Of a stretch of DNA of 64,000 nt, positions 9,004 to 18,299 are shown piece after piece. A program made the position numbers and the translations under genes. The stretch is from an uncultured Fibrobacterota bacterium. Lineage in GTDB: Bacteria > Fibrobacterota > OXYB2-FULL-49-7 > CAYNYI01. Below the pieces are notes generated by a model that saw only the letters and a program-made list of their open reading frames with translations, did no database searches and was not told where the DNA came from. The stretch spans positions 1,245 to 65,244 of the forward strand of contig CAYNYI010000001.1 of assembly GCA_964401455.1 (NCBI GenBank), read 5' to 3'. Every line of letters starts with the position of its first letter. Within the stretch, counting starts at the first letter, position 1.

Positions 9004-10412
9004 TTTCCTGTTCTAATCCCTGATCCCGCTCCGATTCTGAGGAAAGGCGTCGATTCATCGTTTCCGGCTAAATTGCCCATGTTGAAATTATTCAATATTC
9101 CGGTGCTGATTTCAAGACTAAAACTATTAAAAAAAGTTTTTTCAAGAGACACCCATAAGTTTCGCTCCTTATAAACAGTCCCATAGGGCACCTTGTCTTC
9201 TCTGGTCTTTATCATTTTTTGAATTTCATATTCAATATTTCTTTCGCCCTTGTTCATAAACCAAAGACCAACCGAAGTCTTTAATCCATTTTTTAACAGA
9301 TATGAGCCTTCACCATACAAAAGCTCAGCGTCCGGTCCGAGGGGAGAACCCATAAAGCCCTTTTCATTTGTATAGGAAAGCCTCTGTCCGGCAGCATGAT
9401 TGTAAACAAAACTATTTATACGGCCACCTTCAAGAAATAGACTAAAGTCTCTTCCGGAAGTTTCAAAACCCACCATAAAAGCGACACTGTTCTGAATACT
9501 TTGCGAAACCTCATCAAATTCCACCTGTATGTCATCTACAAGAATTTCGGCGTAAATTTTAACCGAATCCGCCGGAATAAAAAAGAAATCCACGCTGCCG
9601 AAAGTATTGTCATAGGAGTTTCCCTCGCGCCAAACCGACATCTGTCCATAATGAAAAGGATAGAAAGGCATACAGTACTGCAGTTCGAAGTTTCTGTTTT
9701 CTCCTGCGTATATTACTGCCTGGCCAATTCCTATCCCATATCGTTTTTTTATAAACTCAAGTCTCGCCGCAGAATAAAATCTGTTTAAAAGCGTGATTTC
9801 TATAGAATCCGGTACCGAGCTGTGTTTATACTCATAAAGTTTTACCGCGTCATTTTCGGCAACACTGTTTATCTGGGTAAAAAAACCTTTCAAAAGAAAT
9901 GGGCCAAGTTTATATTCCTGCATTACCATGTTGAATCCCTGATGATAATCCGAAACAAGCAGCCCTCCGAGCTTCAGGGGGCCCCAGTTAAAACGGTCCT
10001 TTCCGAGTTTCAAACTCAAAACATTATTAATGTTCCAGGACATTAAAATGCGGTCCATATCTATCGAGAATGGAATTTCTTCATCTACATATGCCGCGTC
10101 GGCGGCATTGTCTTTCTGATCGGCCCGGCATCGGAAAAGAAAATCAATATCACCGAAATTAACGGAATCACGCGCCCAGAAAAGAAACCGGCTTTGCCCG
10201 GTATTGTTTTTTCTTATCAGATAATCCTCGTAAAACCTGAAATCGAAAACGTGATTATAAAGAACCGGAATTTCAAGACGGGTGTCATTATAAGGCGTAT
10301 CATCGAATTGCCTCCAGGAATGTTTCTCCAGATGTAGAGGAACAGAGGCGGCGGTAAAAAATACTGCGAAAAGAATGGCAGGTAAAAATAAACGCATGCC
10401 TAAATATAACAT
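9000..10412 (-). CDS. secreted/outer-membrane hypothetical protein, tentatively a Wzi-like capsule assembly protein
   Basis: Signal peptide (MRLFLPAILFAVFFTAASVP), about 470 aa mature and aromatic/Gly-rich in a beta-rich pattern. It lies in a polysaccharide locus, and its start overlaps the upstream gene by 4 bp. The Wzi assignment is by resemblance only. Confidence 0.35.
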   Translation of the reverse strand: MLYLGMRLFLPAILFAVFFTAASVPLHLEKHSWRQFDDTPYNDTRLEIPVLYNHVFDFRFYEDYLIRKNNTGQSRFLFWARDSVNFGDIDFLFRCRADQKDNAADAAYVDEEIPFSIDMDRILMSWNINNVLSLKLGKDRFNWGPLKLGGLLVSDYHQGFNMVMQEYKLGPFLLKGFFTQINSVAENDAVKLYEYKHSSVPDSIEITLLNRFYSAARLEFIKKRYGIGIGQAVIYAGENRNFELQYCMPFYPFHYGQMSVWREGNSYDNTFGSVDFFFIPADSVKIYAEILVDDIQVEFDEVSQSIQNSVAFMVGFETSGRDFSLFLEGGRINSFVYNHAAGQRLSYTNEKGFMGSPLGPDAELLYGEGSYLLKNGLKTSVGLWFMNKGERNIEYEIQKMIKTREDKVPYGTVYKERNLWVSLEKTFFNSFSLEISTGILNNFNMGNLAGNDESTPFLRIGAGSGIRTGN

Positions 10413-10512
10413 TTTATTATGTCCAGCACTTGAAGATGGTCTTTTTTTTTTATAGAATCTTAAACAGTGCCTCAAAAAGGCATATCATTTAAATATTAAA
10501 AAGGAGGTCTTT

Positions 10513-10995
10513 ATGGCTGTAGAGTATCCGAATAACTGCGGAAGCGGTGACGACATGAAAGTGGACGGAAAGGCCGGAGTAGGAACATTAAGCCCGACAT
10601 GGAAACTGCAGGTTACCGGCGGACAATCCGCCATTCAGCCCGGCTCCGGCGACCCGGGTGTTTTTACAATTCTGCCGAGCAGCACCGGAGGATGGTGGAA
10701 TATTGCCAATGTCTCGGACGGTAAATTTGTTATCGACTGCGGAGACCGCAGAAGCGCGAATGATTCAAGCAGCTGGAACAACAGTCCCTTTTGCATTGTA
10801 AGTACAGGAAAGGTCGGTATTGGAACAACTGATCCGGAGGAAACTCTGGATGTTGACGGCGCAATATGCATAAAGGACGGCATTCCATCTCCGAGTACCC
10901 ACTCAGGGAAAGCCAGTATATATGTTGATTCAAGCGATGGGAATCTGAAGATCAGATTTGGTAACGGAACTGTGAAAACTATCGTAACAGACTGA
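10513..10995 (+). CDS. hypothetical Gly-rich repeat protein (tail-fibre/adhesin-like repeat signature)
   Basis: Strong RBS AAGGAGG 7 nt upstream of the ATG. Two copies of a GK-GVG/IGT--P---L-V-G motif (GKAGVGTLSPTWKLQVTGG; GKVGIGTTDPEETLDVDGA). No signal peptide. Confidence 0.5.
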   Translation: MAVEYPNNCGSGDDMKVDGKAGVGTLSPTWKLQVTGGQSAIQPGSGDPGVFTILPSSTGGWWNIANVSDGKFVIDCGDRRSANDSSSWNNSPFCIVSTGKVGIGTTDPEETLDVDGAICIKDGIPSPSTHSGKASIYVDSSDGNLKIRFGNGTVKTIVTD

Positions 10996-11051
10996 AATAA
11001 CAACCTTGTTCATGGGCAGGATATTTACCTGCCCTATTTTACAATAACGTA

Positions 11052-12791
11052 TCAATAGACCAATATCCGTCCTTCGTTACAGAAAATATAAAAAAGACCG
11101 TCTTTTATTTCCAAATCGACTGGAGTTAATTCCGGAGCGTCTTCATAAAAAGAAAATCTGGAAACCAGTCCTCCATCGAAGGAAATCTCAATAAATTCTT
11201 TGTCTGAATAATTGAGAAAAGCAAGCGTTTCATCCATTATGTTAAGACTTCCTATTTGATCATTGCTTATACCGTCTTCCTGAAGACCCGCGAAAAAAAT
11301 AACTTCACTAATACCGCTAAACAGATTTTTTTTGAGAATTTTATTCTCAGCGGCAACTACAAACAAAATACTGTCTGAAAATATGACTGCGTCAGTCATA
11401 TATGTTTCAGTGCTTAATGAGGAGATTTCAGTTCCGCTCAAATCAAAAATGTGAATAAAATCATCCGAGACTGTAACAACCCGATCTCCGTTTATAGAAA
11501 TTGATCTTAAGGCCGGCTGGGAAGCTGTTCCCCATACAGTTGAGAAAACCTCGTTCTCATCATACATATAAATTTTATTATTTGCCTGTTCCAATATAAA
11601 AACCCGCCCACCGGAGTCCAGCGCGACATCAGCGGGCTTAAAAATCAATTCCGGATCTTTTATTTCTGATAAAAATTCTCCCGAGAAACTTAGCTTCTGA
11701 ACCCTGGAATTACCCCTGTCTGCGCAAAAAATATTGCCGTTTTTATCAAGAACTGCCGCAGAAAGGCCGTTGAAACAGCCTGCCGATGAGCCTGCTCCGT
11801 TGCCCATAACATTTATAATTTCCCTGCAGGATTCGGATTTTACTGTCATGGCAGTTCCGGAAGGACCTTCCTCTCCGGAGTAACTTACCGAAACAAGACT
11901 GTATGAATATGTCTGACCTTGCTCCAAAGACGAGTCTATAAAAAAAGTTTCTGTAACCGGAACCGAATTCAAGAGCAGGCTTTCGCCGTTTCCGTTTTTT
12001 TCCCTGTAAATATTAATACCGGAAACAATTGAAGTATCAAACACACCCCATGATATTTCAGCGATTCTTTTCATGCTGTCATAAAAAATTCCCGAATTCT
12101 CCGGAGGCGGTATTCTAAAAGAAAGCACTATCGGAGAAGACAAAACATTATTTGTACCGGAACTAACCTCAAAAACAGTGTCCTTCGGTAAATATTTATC
12201 GAGAGTTGAAATGATCCTTACCGAATATTCACCTTCGGCCAATCCGGATATACTAAAGCTGCCGTCGTCGGCATCCACACCCTCAAAAATTTCATTTCCG
12301 AGTCCAAAAATAATAACAGTGGAAAGAGGATCTCCTTCTGCCAACTTCACATTTCCGGAAACCGCGCCTGATTCCGCAAGAGTATCTGAAAAACCTTCAG
12401 AAAGGCCGGAATAGTTTATGGAATCATCAAAAGAAACCTGTCCATTTCCGTCAGAGGAAAAAACATTATAAATACCGTCTGCGATAGTGTCCGCATAGAA
12501 CTTTCCCGAACTATCTGTATAGAAAACTTTAATCGAGGATGATCCGGAAAGCGGAATATTTTTATATGGAATGAACGAGACCTCCGCATTCGGGGCGGGA
12601 ATACCTGAAGAATAAAAAATCTGTCCTGTAAAGGCATTGTTGTTTTCTGTTTCGGATCCGCCGGAAGCTGTGTTGTTCTCTGTCTCTGAGCCCCCGGAAG
12701 CGGTGTCACCATCTGTCGGGATATTAGAACAGCCCGAAAACAGAAAAAGAATCAGAAAAAAATACTTGAAAAAAAGGAAATATTTGATCAT
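11052..12791 (-). CDS. NHL-repeat-containing secreted lipoprotein
   Basis: Lipobox-type signal (LFLFSGCSN), a tandem 11-aa repeat TASGGSETENN x2 and NHL-like blades (ADRGNSRVQKL..., several more). Length 579 aa. It overlaps the upstream TIGR02147 gene by 4 bp. Confidence 0.65.
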   Translation of the reverse strand: MIKYFLFFKYFFLILFLFSGCSNIPTDGDTASGGSETENNTASGGSETENNNAFTGQIFYSSGIPAPNAEVSFIPYKNIPLSGSSSIKVFYTDSSGKFYADTIADGIYNVFSSDGNGQVSFDDSINYSGLSEGFSDTLAESGAVSGNVKLAEGDPLSTVIIFGLGNEIFEGVDADDGSFSISGLAEGEYSVRIISTLDKYLPKDTVFEVSSGTNNVLSSPIVLSFRIPPPENSGIFYDSMKRIAEISWGVFDTSIVSGINIYREKNGNGESLLLNSVPVTETFFIDSSLEQGQTYSYSLVSVSYSGEEGPSGTAMTVKSESCREIINVMGNGAGSSAGCFNGLSAAVLDKNGNIFCADRGNSRVQKLSFSGEFLSEIKDPELIFKPADVALDSGGRVFILEQANNKIYMYDENEVFSTVWGTASQPALRSISINGDRVVTVSDDFIHIFDLSGTEISSLSTETYMTDAVIFSDSILFVVAAENKILKKNLFSGISEVIFFAGLQEDGISNDQIGSLNIMDETLAFLNYSDKEFIEISFDGGLVSRFSFYEDAPELTPVDLEIKDGLFYIFCNEGRILVY

Positions 12792-13618
12792 CTTTTTTCC
12801 TTAATATTTTTACTCATGGGAAACAACTGAAGATTCAGCTGATACACCCTGTTTTCATTACTGTCCTCGGCTGCCATCTTCATTACGCCTTTACGAAACT
12901 CTTTTATATAAGCCTTAAGATTTTTGAATCCCTTTTCCGACAGACCTAAACTGACAGTTGAAATATCTCTTTTATCTTCTGTATCGTTAAGTGCATTTTC
13001 GGCAAGACCGATGGTTTCTTTCTGAAATTTTTTAATAAAAAGGGATTTCGTCTCTTTTTTAGGGGACAGTGTTGTTTTTATGGGCTTAAAAAATCCGTCT
13101 TTTTTTTCCACAAGCCCCAGCTTTAATAGCAGCTGAAGCGACTTCCTCAAATCTACGGCTTTAATACGCGGCATAAAAAGTTTTGAAAGACCGGCAAAGT
13201 CCTCTCCGTCAAAATCCACAATAAAAAGCATTTCGCGAAGGGCTGTATGATGCCAGCTTGAATAGAATTCATATTGAGTTTCTTCTACTTTGGAAACCCT
13301 TAGGTAGTGCCTTTTAGAAGCGATTTTCTTATAGTAATAATCTTTTTGTTCGACATCTGCCGTCTGGTTATAAAAAACAAGGTCTTCAAAATATCCAAAG
13401 GCTTTCCCTTTCAATCCACAGGCTTTGGCAAGTTTAAATATTGTGTCTTTAGAGACGCTTCTTTTTCCCTCCAGAACATGATGAATAAAACTGCAGCTCT
13501 TAAAACCGGCATTTCTGGAAAATTCACTATATGAAAAACCAGCGTCAGCTTCTTTTTTCTCAAGAAGACAGTCTTTGATATATTCTCGGTAATCCAGATA
13601 ATTATAAACCGGATCCAT
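12788..13618 (-). CDS. TIGR02147-family protein (Fibrobacter-type paralogous DNA-binding family)
   Basis: N-terminus MDPVYNYLDYREYIKDCL...FSYSEFSRNAGFKSCSFIHHVLEGKRSVS matches the conserved start of TIGR02147 proteins. The start is placed at the ATG at 13616-13618; the ORF-track extension to 13690 is unlikely. Confidence 0.6.
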   Translation of the reverse strand: MDPVYNYLDYREYIKDCLLEKKEADAGFSYSEFSRNAGFKSCSFIHHVLEGKRSVSKDTIFKLAKACGLKGKAFGYFEDLVFYNQTADVEQKDYYYKKIASKRHYLRVSKVEETQYEFYSSWHHTALREMLFIVDFDGEDFAGLSKLFMPRIKAVDLRKSLQLLLKLGLVEKKDGFFKPIKTTLSPKKETKSLFIKKFQKETIGLAENALNDTEDKRDISTVSLGLSEKGFKNLKAYIKEFRKGVMKMAAEDSNENRVYQLNLQLFPMSKNIKEKR

Positions 13619-13832
13619 CTGTTTTCTCCCGGGAAAGTAAAAATTTAAACTTTGCTCTGTTCTCAGAGAAAAGCAGCAACATATAATCACATGTTTAATA
13701 AGTAATTAAATATTTATTAAAAGTCAATATTTACCACATACAGAGAAAATTTTTATAAATAATTCTTGCGTGTAGCAAAGATATTTAATACATTCATTTA
13801 ATGCAATACTAACGAAAACGCAAGGAGTGTCA

Positions 13833-14024
13833 ATGGATTCATGTAAAAAATGCGGTTCAGAAAGAATATCCTGGATGTTTTTTCCTTCTGAAGACACCAA
13901 GATGGCGAAATGTCTAAAATGCGGATATAATGAAAAACAGAGCGTGAACTTTGGCGCGGACTCTTTTTACATGAACTGCCCTGAAAACAGCAATGAAAAA
14001 AATGACGATAATTCACAATCCTGA
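13833..14024 (+). CDS. small zinc-ribbon protein
   Basis: RBS AAGGAG 5 nt upstream of ATG 13833. Two CxxC pairs (CKKCG...CLKCG). Length 63 aa; it overlaps the 3' end of gmd on the opposite strand. Confidence 0.4.
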   Translation: MDSCKKCGSERISWMFFPSEDTKMAKCLKCGYNEKQSVNFGADSFYMNCPENSNEKNDDNSQS

Positions 14025-14978
14025 CTTATAGGATTCAATATCGCTCTCTACCATCATTTCGACAAGCTGTCTGAAATTAACTTCCGGCTCCCATCCGAGT
14101 TCTTTTTTGGCTTTTGAGGGGTCGGCTACGAGCAGGTCGACCTCTGCGGGACGGACGAGTTTCGGATCTGTCCGAACATATTTTTCTGCTTTCAGGCCGG
14201 CCGCCTCAAAAGCTATTTCGGCAAGCTCTTTAACCGGATGAGTCTCCCCGGTTCCTACCACATAATCTACCGGCTTGTCCTGCTGAAGCATAAGCCACAT
14301 CGCTTTTACATAATCACCGGCGAAGCCCCAGTCTCTGCGGGCATCCATATTTCCGAGAAAAAGTTCTTCCTGGAGGCCGAGTTTTATTCTTGCCGCCGCA
14401 TTTGTGATTTTTCTTGTAACAAATTCAAGCCCCCTTCTCGGAGACTCATGATTAAAAAGAATTCCCGAACAGCAGAACATATTATAACTTTCCCTGTAAT
14501 TGACCGTTATCCAGTGGCCGTAAACTTTAGCCACACCATACGGGCTCCTGGGGTAAAAAGGTGTCTCTTCTGATTGTGGAACTTCTCTGACCTTACCGAA
14601 CATCTCGCTTGAGGAGGCCTGATAAAACCTAATTTCCGGATTTGCTATTCTTATGGCCTCCAGAACTCTTGCTACGCCAAGTCCGGTGAATTCTCCTGTG
14701 AGCATAGGCTGCTCCCAGGAAGCGGGCACAAATGACTGCGCGGCCAGATTGTAAACTTCATCCGGGCAGCACTTCTTTATTACATTATAAAGAGAATTCT
14801 GGTCCAGAAGATCGGCAGAGTGGAGCTCTATCCGGTCAACAATGTGTTTTATACGTTCAAAATTATGTGTGCTTGTTCTCCTGGTCAAGCCATGCACCTT
14901 GTAGCCCTTATCAAGTAAAAATTCCGCCAGATAGGACCCGTCCTGACCTGTTATCCCTGTTATCAGAGCTGTTTTCAT
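14013..14978 (-). CDS. gmd: GDP-mannose 4,6-dehydratase
   Basis: N-terminus [30 protein letters not shown] is the Gmd hallmark. Length 321 aa. Confidence 0.85.
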   Translation of the reverse strand: MKTALITGITGQDGSYLAEFLLDKGYKVHGLTRRTSTHNFERIKHIVDRIELHSADLLDQNSLYNVIKKCCPDEVYNLAAQSFVPASWEQPMLTGEFTGLGVARVLEAIRIANPEIRFYQASSSEMFGKVREVPQSEETPFYPRSPYGVAKVYGHWITVNYRESYNMFCCSGILFNHESPRRGLEFVTRKITNAAARIKLGLQEELFLGNMDARRDWGFAGDYVKAMWLMLQQDKPVDYVVGTGETHPVKELAEIAFEAAGLKAEKYVRTDPKLVRPAEVDLLVADPSKAKKELGWEPEVNFRQLVEMMVESDIESYKSGL

Positions 14979-14997
14979 TTTGTTTCCTTTTGTTTTG

Positions 14998-15942
14998 TTA
15001 TATGTTTTTTTCTAAATAAAACTTCATAACAGATGATATCGTTTCTTCAATCCGGTAAAGCGGCTTCCATCCAAGAAGCTTTATCTTGCTGTTGTCAACA
15101 GAGAAGGTCTCTTTTTTCGGCGGGTTTCCGTCCGGCTCCAGACTCACGTCAGCAGCGGCGGAAGCTGCCAGTATTTCCGCGATATCCCCGACAGAAATGC
15201 TTTCGTCGGATGCCAAATTATAAGACTCGCCGGCTTTCCCTTTTTCAGCAATATAAACATACGCCCTGACTATATCCCGTACGTCGGAAAAATTCCTGAC
15301 TACATTTGAACTGCGCACCTTGATTCTTTTTTTTACACCTGAATTTTCCGCATCTGCAATTTCAGAGGCATAATCGGTAACAACATATCCCTTTTCCTGC
15401 AAAGGGCCCGTATGATTAAAAGGCCTTGCGACCCTTACGTCAAGTCCTCGTTTTTTCGAATAGAGAAGAGAAAAATGTTCCGCCGCTGCCTTGCTTACAG
15501 AATAAGGGTTCAAAGGCTCAAACACAGACTGATCATCAATATCGGAATTCGAACCGTATTGCGCTCCCGAGCATACAGAAACAATAACGGAATCGGGTGC
15601 TTCCTTTAAAACGGCCTCAAGAAGATTGACTGTTCCTTTTATATTAGCATCTATAATAAGACCGCAGTTTTTCCATGAATCCGACGCTCTTGCATATGCT
15701 GCCAGATGAAAAACCTTCTGAGGAGAGGCCTGCTTTACGAATTCTTCCAGTTTGCCATATTCATTAAGACCGCATTTAAAATATGTAGCCCCTTTTACAT
15801 AAAAGGGGGAAGACGGCTCCGGAATTTTTAAATCTATACCGAAGACCTCATGGCCTTCTTTTAAAAGGAACTCCGCGAGATATTTTCCCGCGAATCCGCC
15901 GATTCCCGTGATAAAGCTTCTGATTTTTATATTATCAGCCAT
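14998..15942 (-). CDS. NAD-dependent epimerase/dehydratase; probable GDP-4-keto-6-deoxy-D-mannose reductase or GDP-fucose synthase-type enzyme
   Basis: Rossmann motif [17 protein letters not shown] and SDR-extended-family length (314 aa). It sits immediately downstream of gmd. Confidence 0.6.
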   Translation of the reverse strand: MADNIKIRSFITGIGGFAGKYLAEFLLKEGHEVFGIDLKIPEPSSPFYVKGATYFKCGLNEYGKLEEFVKQASPQKVFHLAAYARASDSWKNCGLIIDANIKGTVNLLEAVLKEAPDSVIVSVCSGAQYGSNSDIDDQSVFEPLNPYSVSKAAAEHFSLLYSKKRGLDVRVARPFNHTGPLQEKGYVVTDYASEIADAENSGVKKRIKVRSSNVVRNFSDVRDIVRAYVYIAEKGKAGESYNLASDESISVGDIAEILAASAAADVSLEPDGNPPKKETFSVDNSKIKLLGWKPLYRIEETISSVMKFYLEKNI

Positions 15943-15945
15943 TTC

Positions 15946-16944
15946 TTAAATATAATTTTTTTCGGCCATCCTTAAAGCCTTTTCTTTTACCGCCAGCCGC
16001 AGCTCATAAGGACTTTTTATTGTGACACAGTCCTTCATTGAAAAAATCCAGTCTATAAGGTTTTGATTTACTGAGCATTGCATTTTAAGACGGATACCCC
16101 CGTTTTTTTTCTCTTCTATTTCCTGTGAGCAATGCCAGTTTATTTCACTGATTTTTTCCGCTTCCGGACTGTCTATTTCAAGCTCAATTTTTTTTGTTTC
16201 AGAACCTGTCAGGCTTTCAAAAGGGTGATGAAAAAAATCTCTTACATCAAAATCGTCAGGAATAACAAAACTTCTATCGAGCATCTCCGGTTTTATTATT
16301 CGATGCAGAGAAAAAGTCTTTAGTTTCCAGCTCCTGAGACACCTGCCTATTACCTGCCATTCCTTGTTCTGATAAATAAGAGTGTACGGCTCTATTCTTC
16401 TTTCGGACTTTTCGGGCATACCTCCTTTTCTGTAGCGCATCTTTATTTTTTTTCTGTTCATTATACAGTCAAGAATTATACTGAATTCATTCCTGAGGCC
16501 TTTCACGGGCTCAAAGGGTCTGTAGAAACAAACACTCCTGCATTTTTCTCTCACATTTTCCATTGTTTCTCCGCTGATTTTTACCGGCTGCAGTAGTTTA
16601 TTGAATACAGGATGTATTTCTTCGGAAAAACCGGTCTGAGTGTATATTCTGAGAGCTTTTTCTGCAATGAGGACAAGCGCTATCTCATTTTCGTCGAGCC
16701 AGTTCATAGGCAGAGAAAAAGATTTATCTTTATATTCGTAACGCTTTTTTTGTTTGCTGTAGAAAATTTCCGCCCCGAGATTATAACGCATCAACTCCAG
16801 GTCCCGCTCAATTGACCTTTTTGAGACCTGAAAATGTTCTGCGGCCGATTCCGCGGAATAAAAAACACCTCTTTTGATCATATCATCAATTTCATAAATT
16901 CTGCATAAAGACATCCGGCTTATATTCATAATATCGCCTTTCAT
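15946..16944 (-). CDS. HTH + WYL-domain transcriptional regulator
   Basis: N-terminal DeoR-like HTH (AEHFQVSKRSIERDLELMR) followed by a WYL-like region (RKKIKMRYRKGG...RIEPYTLIYQNKEWQVIG). Length 332 aa; an alternative start lies at Met6. Confidence 0.6.
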   Translation of the reverse strand: MKGDIMNISRMSLCRIYEIDDMIKRGVFYSAESAAEHFQVSKRSIERDLELMRYNLGAEIFYSKQKKRYEYKDKSFSLPMNWLDENEIALVLIAEKALRIYTQTGFSEEIHPVFNKLLQPVKISGETMENVREKCRSVCFYRPFEPVKGLRNEFSIILDCIMNRKKIKMRYRKGGMPEKSERRIEPYTLIYQNKEWQVIGRCLRSWKLKTFSLHRIIKPEMLDRSFVIPDDFDVRDFFHHPFESLTGSETKKIELEIDSPEAEKISEINWHCSQEIEEKKNGGIRLKMQCSVNQNLIDWIFSMKDCVTIKSPYELRLAVKEKALRMAEKNYI

Positions 16945-17101
16945 AGTTTAATCTACACAATATATATAATATTAGGCCAGGCCGCAACATAACGGCGGGC
17001 TGCGTAATAAATCCGCTAATCCCCTGGCAAAATACGAAAACAAAGATGCCGGATACGGAAGATTCTTTTTAGGATTGACTCTCAGAAAAGGGAAAAGACG
17101 G

Positions 17102-17419
17102 TCAGCCGATCATATCCAGAAGAGTACCGGTCATTTCGTCCTGCTTGCGGATAACATCGGCATTTGCCTTGTAGGTCGTTTTATTGACACTCATTTCAGG
17201 CATCTCTTTGGCGAGCTCGGTATTTGACCTGCCGAACGGTTCGCTATTAGGTGTCCGGCGTATCGAAGCGATATCCGTCCCCGGATTAGTTTCCTTCTGG
17301 ATCGGGGTTCGTTCTTCAAAACCTTCGGTATTTATGTTGGCAACATCGTGCGCTGTAATATCATGACGAATATTGGCCGTTCGCATACCGGAGGAGGCTA
17401 TCGAATAAATGCTGTCCAT
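17102..17419 (-). CDS. flagellar basal-body rod protein FlgC-like (short, orphan)
   Basis: N-terminal rod motif IASSGMRTANIRHDITAHDVANINTEGFE (Flg_bb_rod consensus ...ANNIAN.NT.GFK). C-terminal motif SNTELAKEMPEMSVNKTTYKANADVIRKQDEMTGTLLDMIG resembles the FlgC C-terminus. Only 105 aa. Confidence 0.5.
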   Translation of the reverse strand: MDSIYSIASSGMRTANIRHDITAHDVANINTEGFEERTPIQKETNPGTDIASIRRTPNSEPFGRSNTELAKEMPEMSVNKTTYKANADVIRKQDEMTGTLLDMIG

Positions 17420-17471
17420 ACCTGTAATTTATAATTATATCCGCAATTATGCAACCCGGGAGCAAATAAAA

Positions 17472-18203
17472 TCATTTTTTCTTCAATCTGTCATATGCCT
17501 GATTAATCTCTCTGAATTTATTTTCAGCAAGCTCTCTGAACTCCGGGCCGAGATGAGAAACCTTGTCGGGATGGTATTTCTTGGCAAGCTCCCTGTAAGC
17601 TTTGTTGATCTCTTCTTTTGAAGCCGATTTCTTTAATCCAAGAATACCATAATCACCGTCTTCGGTAATTCCGTATGAAAGATAATGAGCGCGGATAGAA
17701 TTATACTGAACAGTCGTAACGCCCAGTTTCTTAGCAATGAACCTTATTGCTTTTTCTTCATCGGGAACAATCTCGCCATCGCTTTTAGAAACCTCAAAAA
17801 GCAGATGAACAAGCGTTAATATTTCGCTCGGTTCTGCATAATACGCTATCTGGGAGCACACATCTGAAATATCGAAATCACTTTTAACTATTTTCTTGAA
17901 CAGCTGCATCAGCTCTCCCGCTGTTTCATTGCCAAAAGTCCTTATCAAAAAAGACTTGACGGAATTTACTTCCGCGGAATGAACCTTTCCGTCTGACTTT
18001 GAAACATAAGCAAGACACATTAGCGAAGAAACCACAAAATCCCCTCCCTGCATTCGGGAGTGCCGGGAGGAACTCTTGGTATTCCCTATGCGTTTCGGGT
18101 TTCCTGAAAAAGAGTGGCCAATGAGCCCCCCGACAACGGCACCGATAGGCCCTCCCAGAATAAAACCGATTCCCGCACCCCAAAGCCAGCTGTTTTTCCC
18201 CAT
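17472..18203 (-). CDS. DjlA-like co-chaperone (TerB-like domain + C-terminal J domain)
   Basis: N-terminal glycine-zipper TM segment, a central TerB-like region and a C-terminal J domain with HPD ([15 protein letters not shown]...INQAYDRL). Confidence 0.65.
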   Translation of the reverse strand: MGKNSWLWGAGIGFILGGPIGAVVGGLIGHSFSGNPKRIGNTKSSSRHSRMQGGDFVVSSLMCLAYVSKSDGKVHSAEVNSVKSFLIRTFGNETAGELMQLFKKIVKSDFDISDVCSQIAYYAEPSEILTLVHLLFEVSKSDGEIVPDEEKAIRFIAKKLGVTTVQYNSIRAHYLSYGITEDGDYGILGLKKSASKEEINKAYRELAKKYHPDKVSHLGPEFRELAENKFREINQAYDRLKKK

Positions 18204-18299
18204 ATATTTCTCCTGAGAAAATGTTTTAAAAGTCCGATATTTTTATATATAATATATTGTGATGTAAATATTATTTTATACGCTGGAAAATATAATCAA

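Noticed and set aside
15946-16944. WYL regulator as a marker of a defence island
   Set aside because: The flanking genes are GDP-sugar metabolism enzymes and a flagellar-rod-like fragment. No nuclease, helicase or methyltransferase genes are present within 10 kb.
16945-17101. Possible terminator hairpin (GCCGC...GCGGC) downstream of the flgC-like gene
   Set aside because: The stem is short and imperfect and is not followed by a U-run on the relevant strand.
18114-18299. Long N-terminal extension ([14 protein letters not shown]...) of the histidine kinase ORF starting at 18114
   Set aside because: It runs antisense through the 5' end of the convergent djlA-like gene (17472-18203) and is not hydrophobic like the rest of the sensor. 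An in-frame ATG at 18300 begins exactly at the first TM helix.
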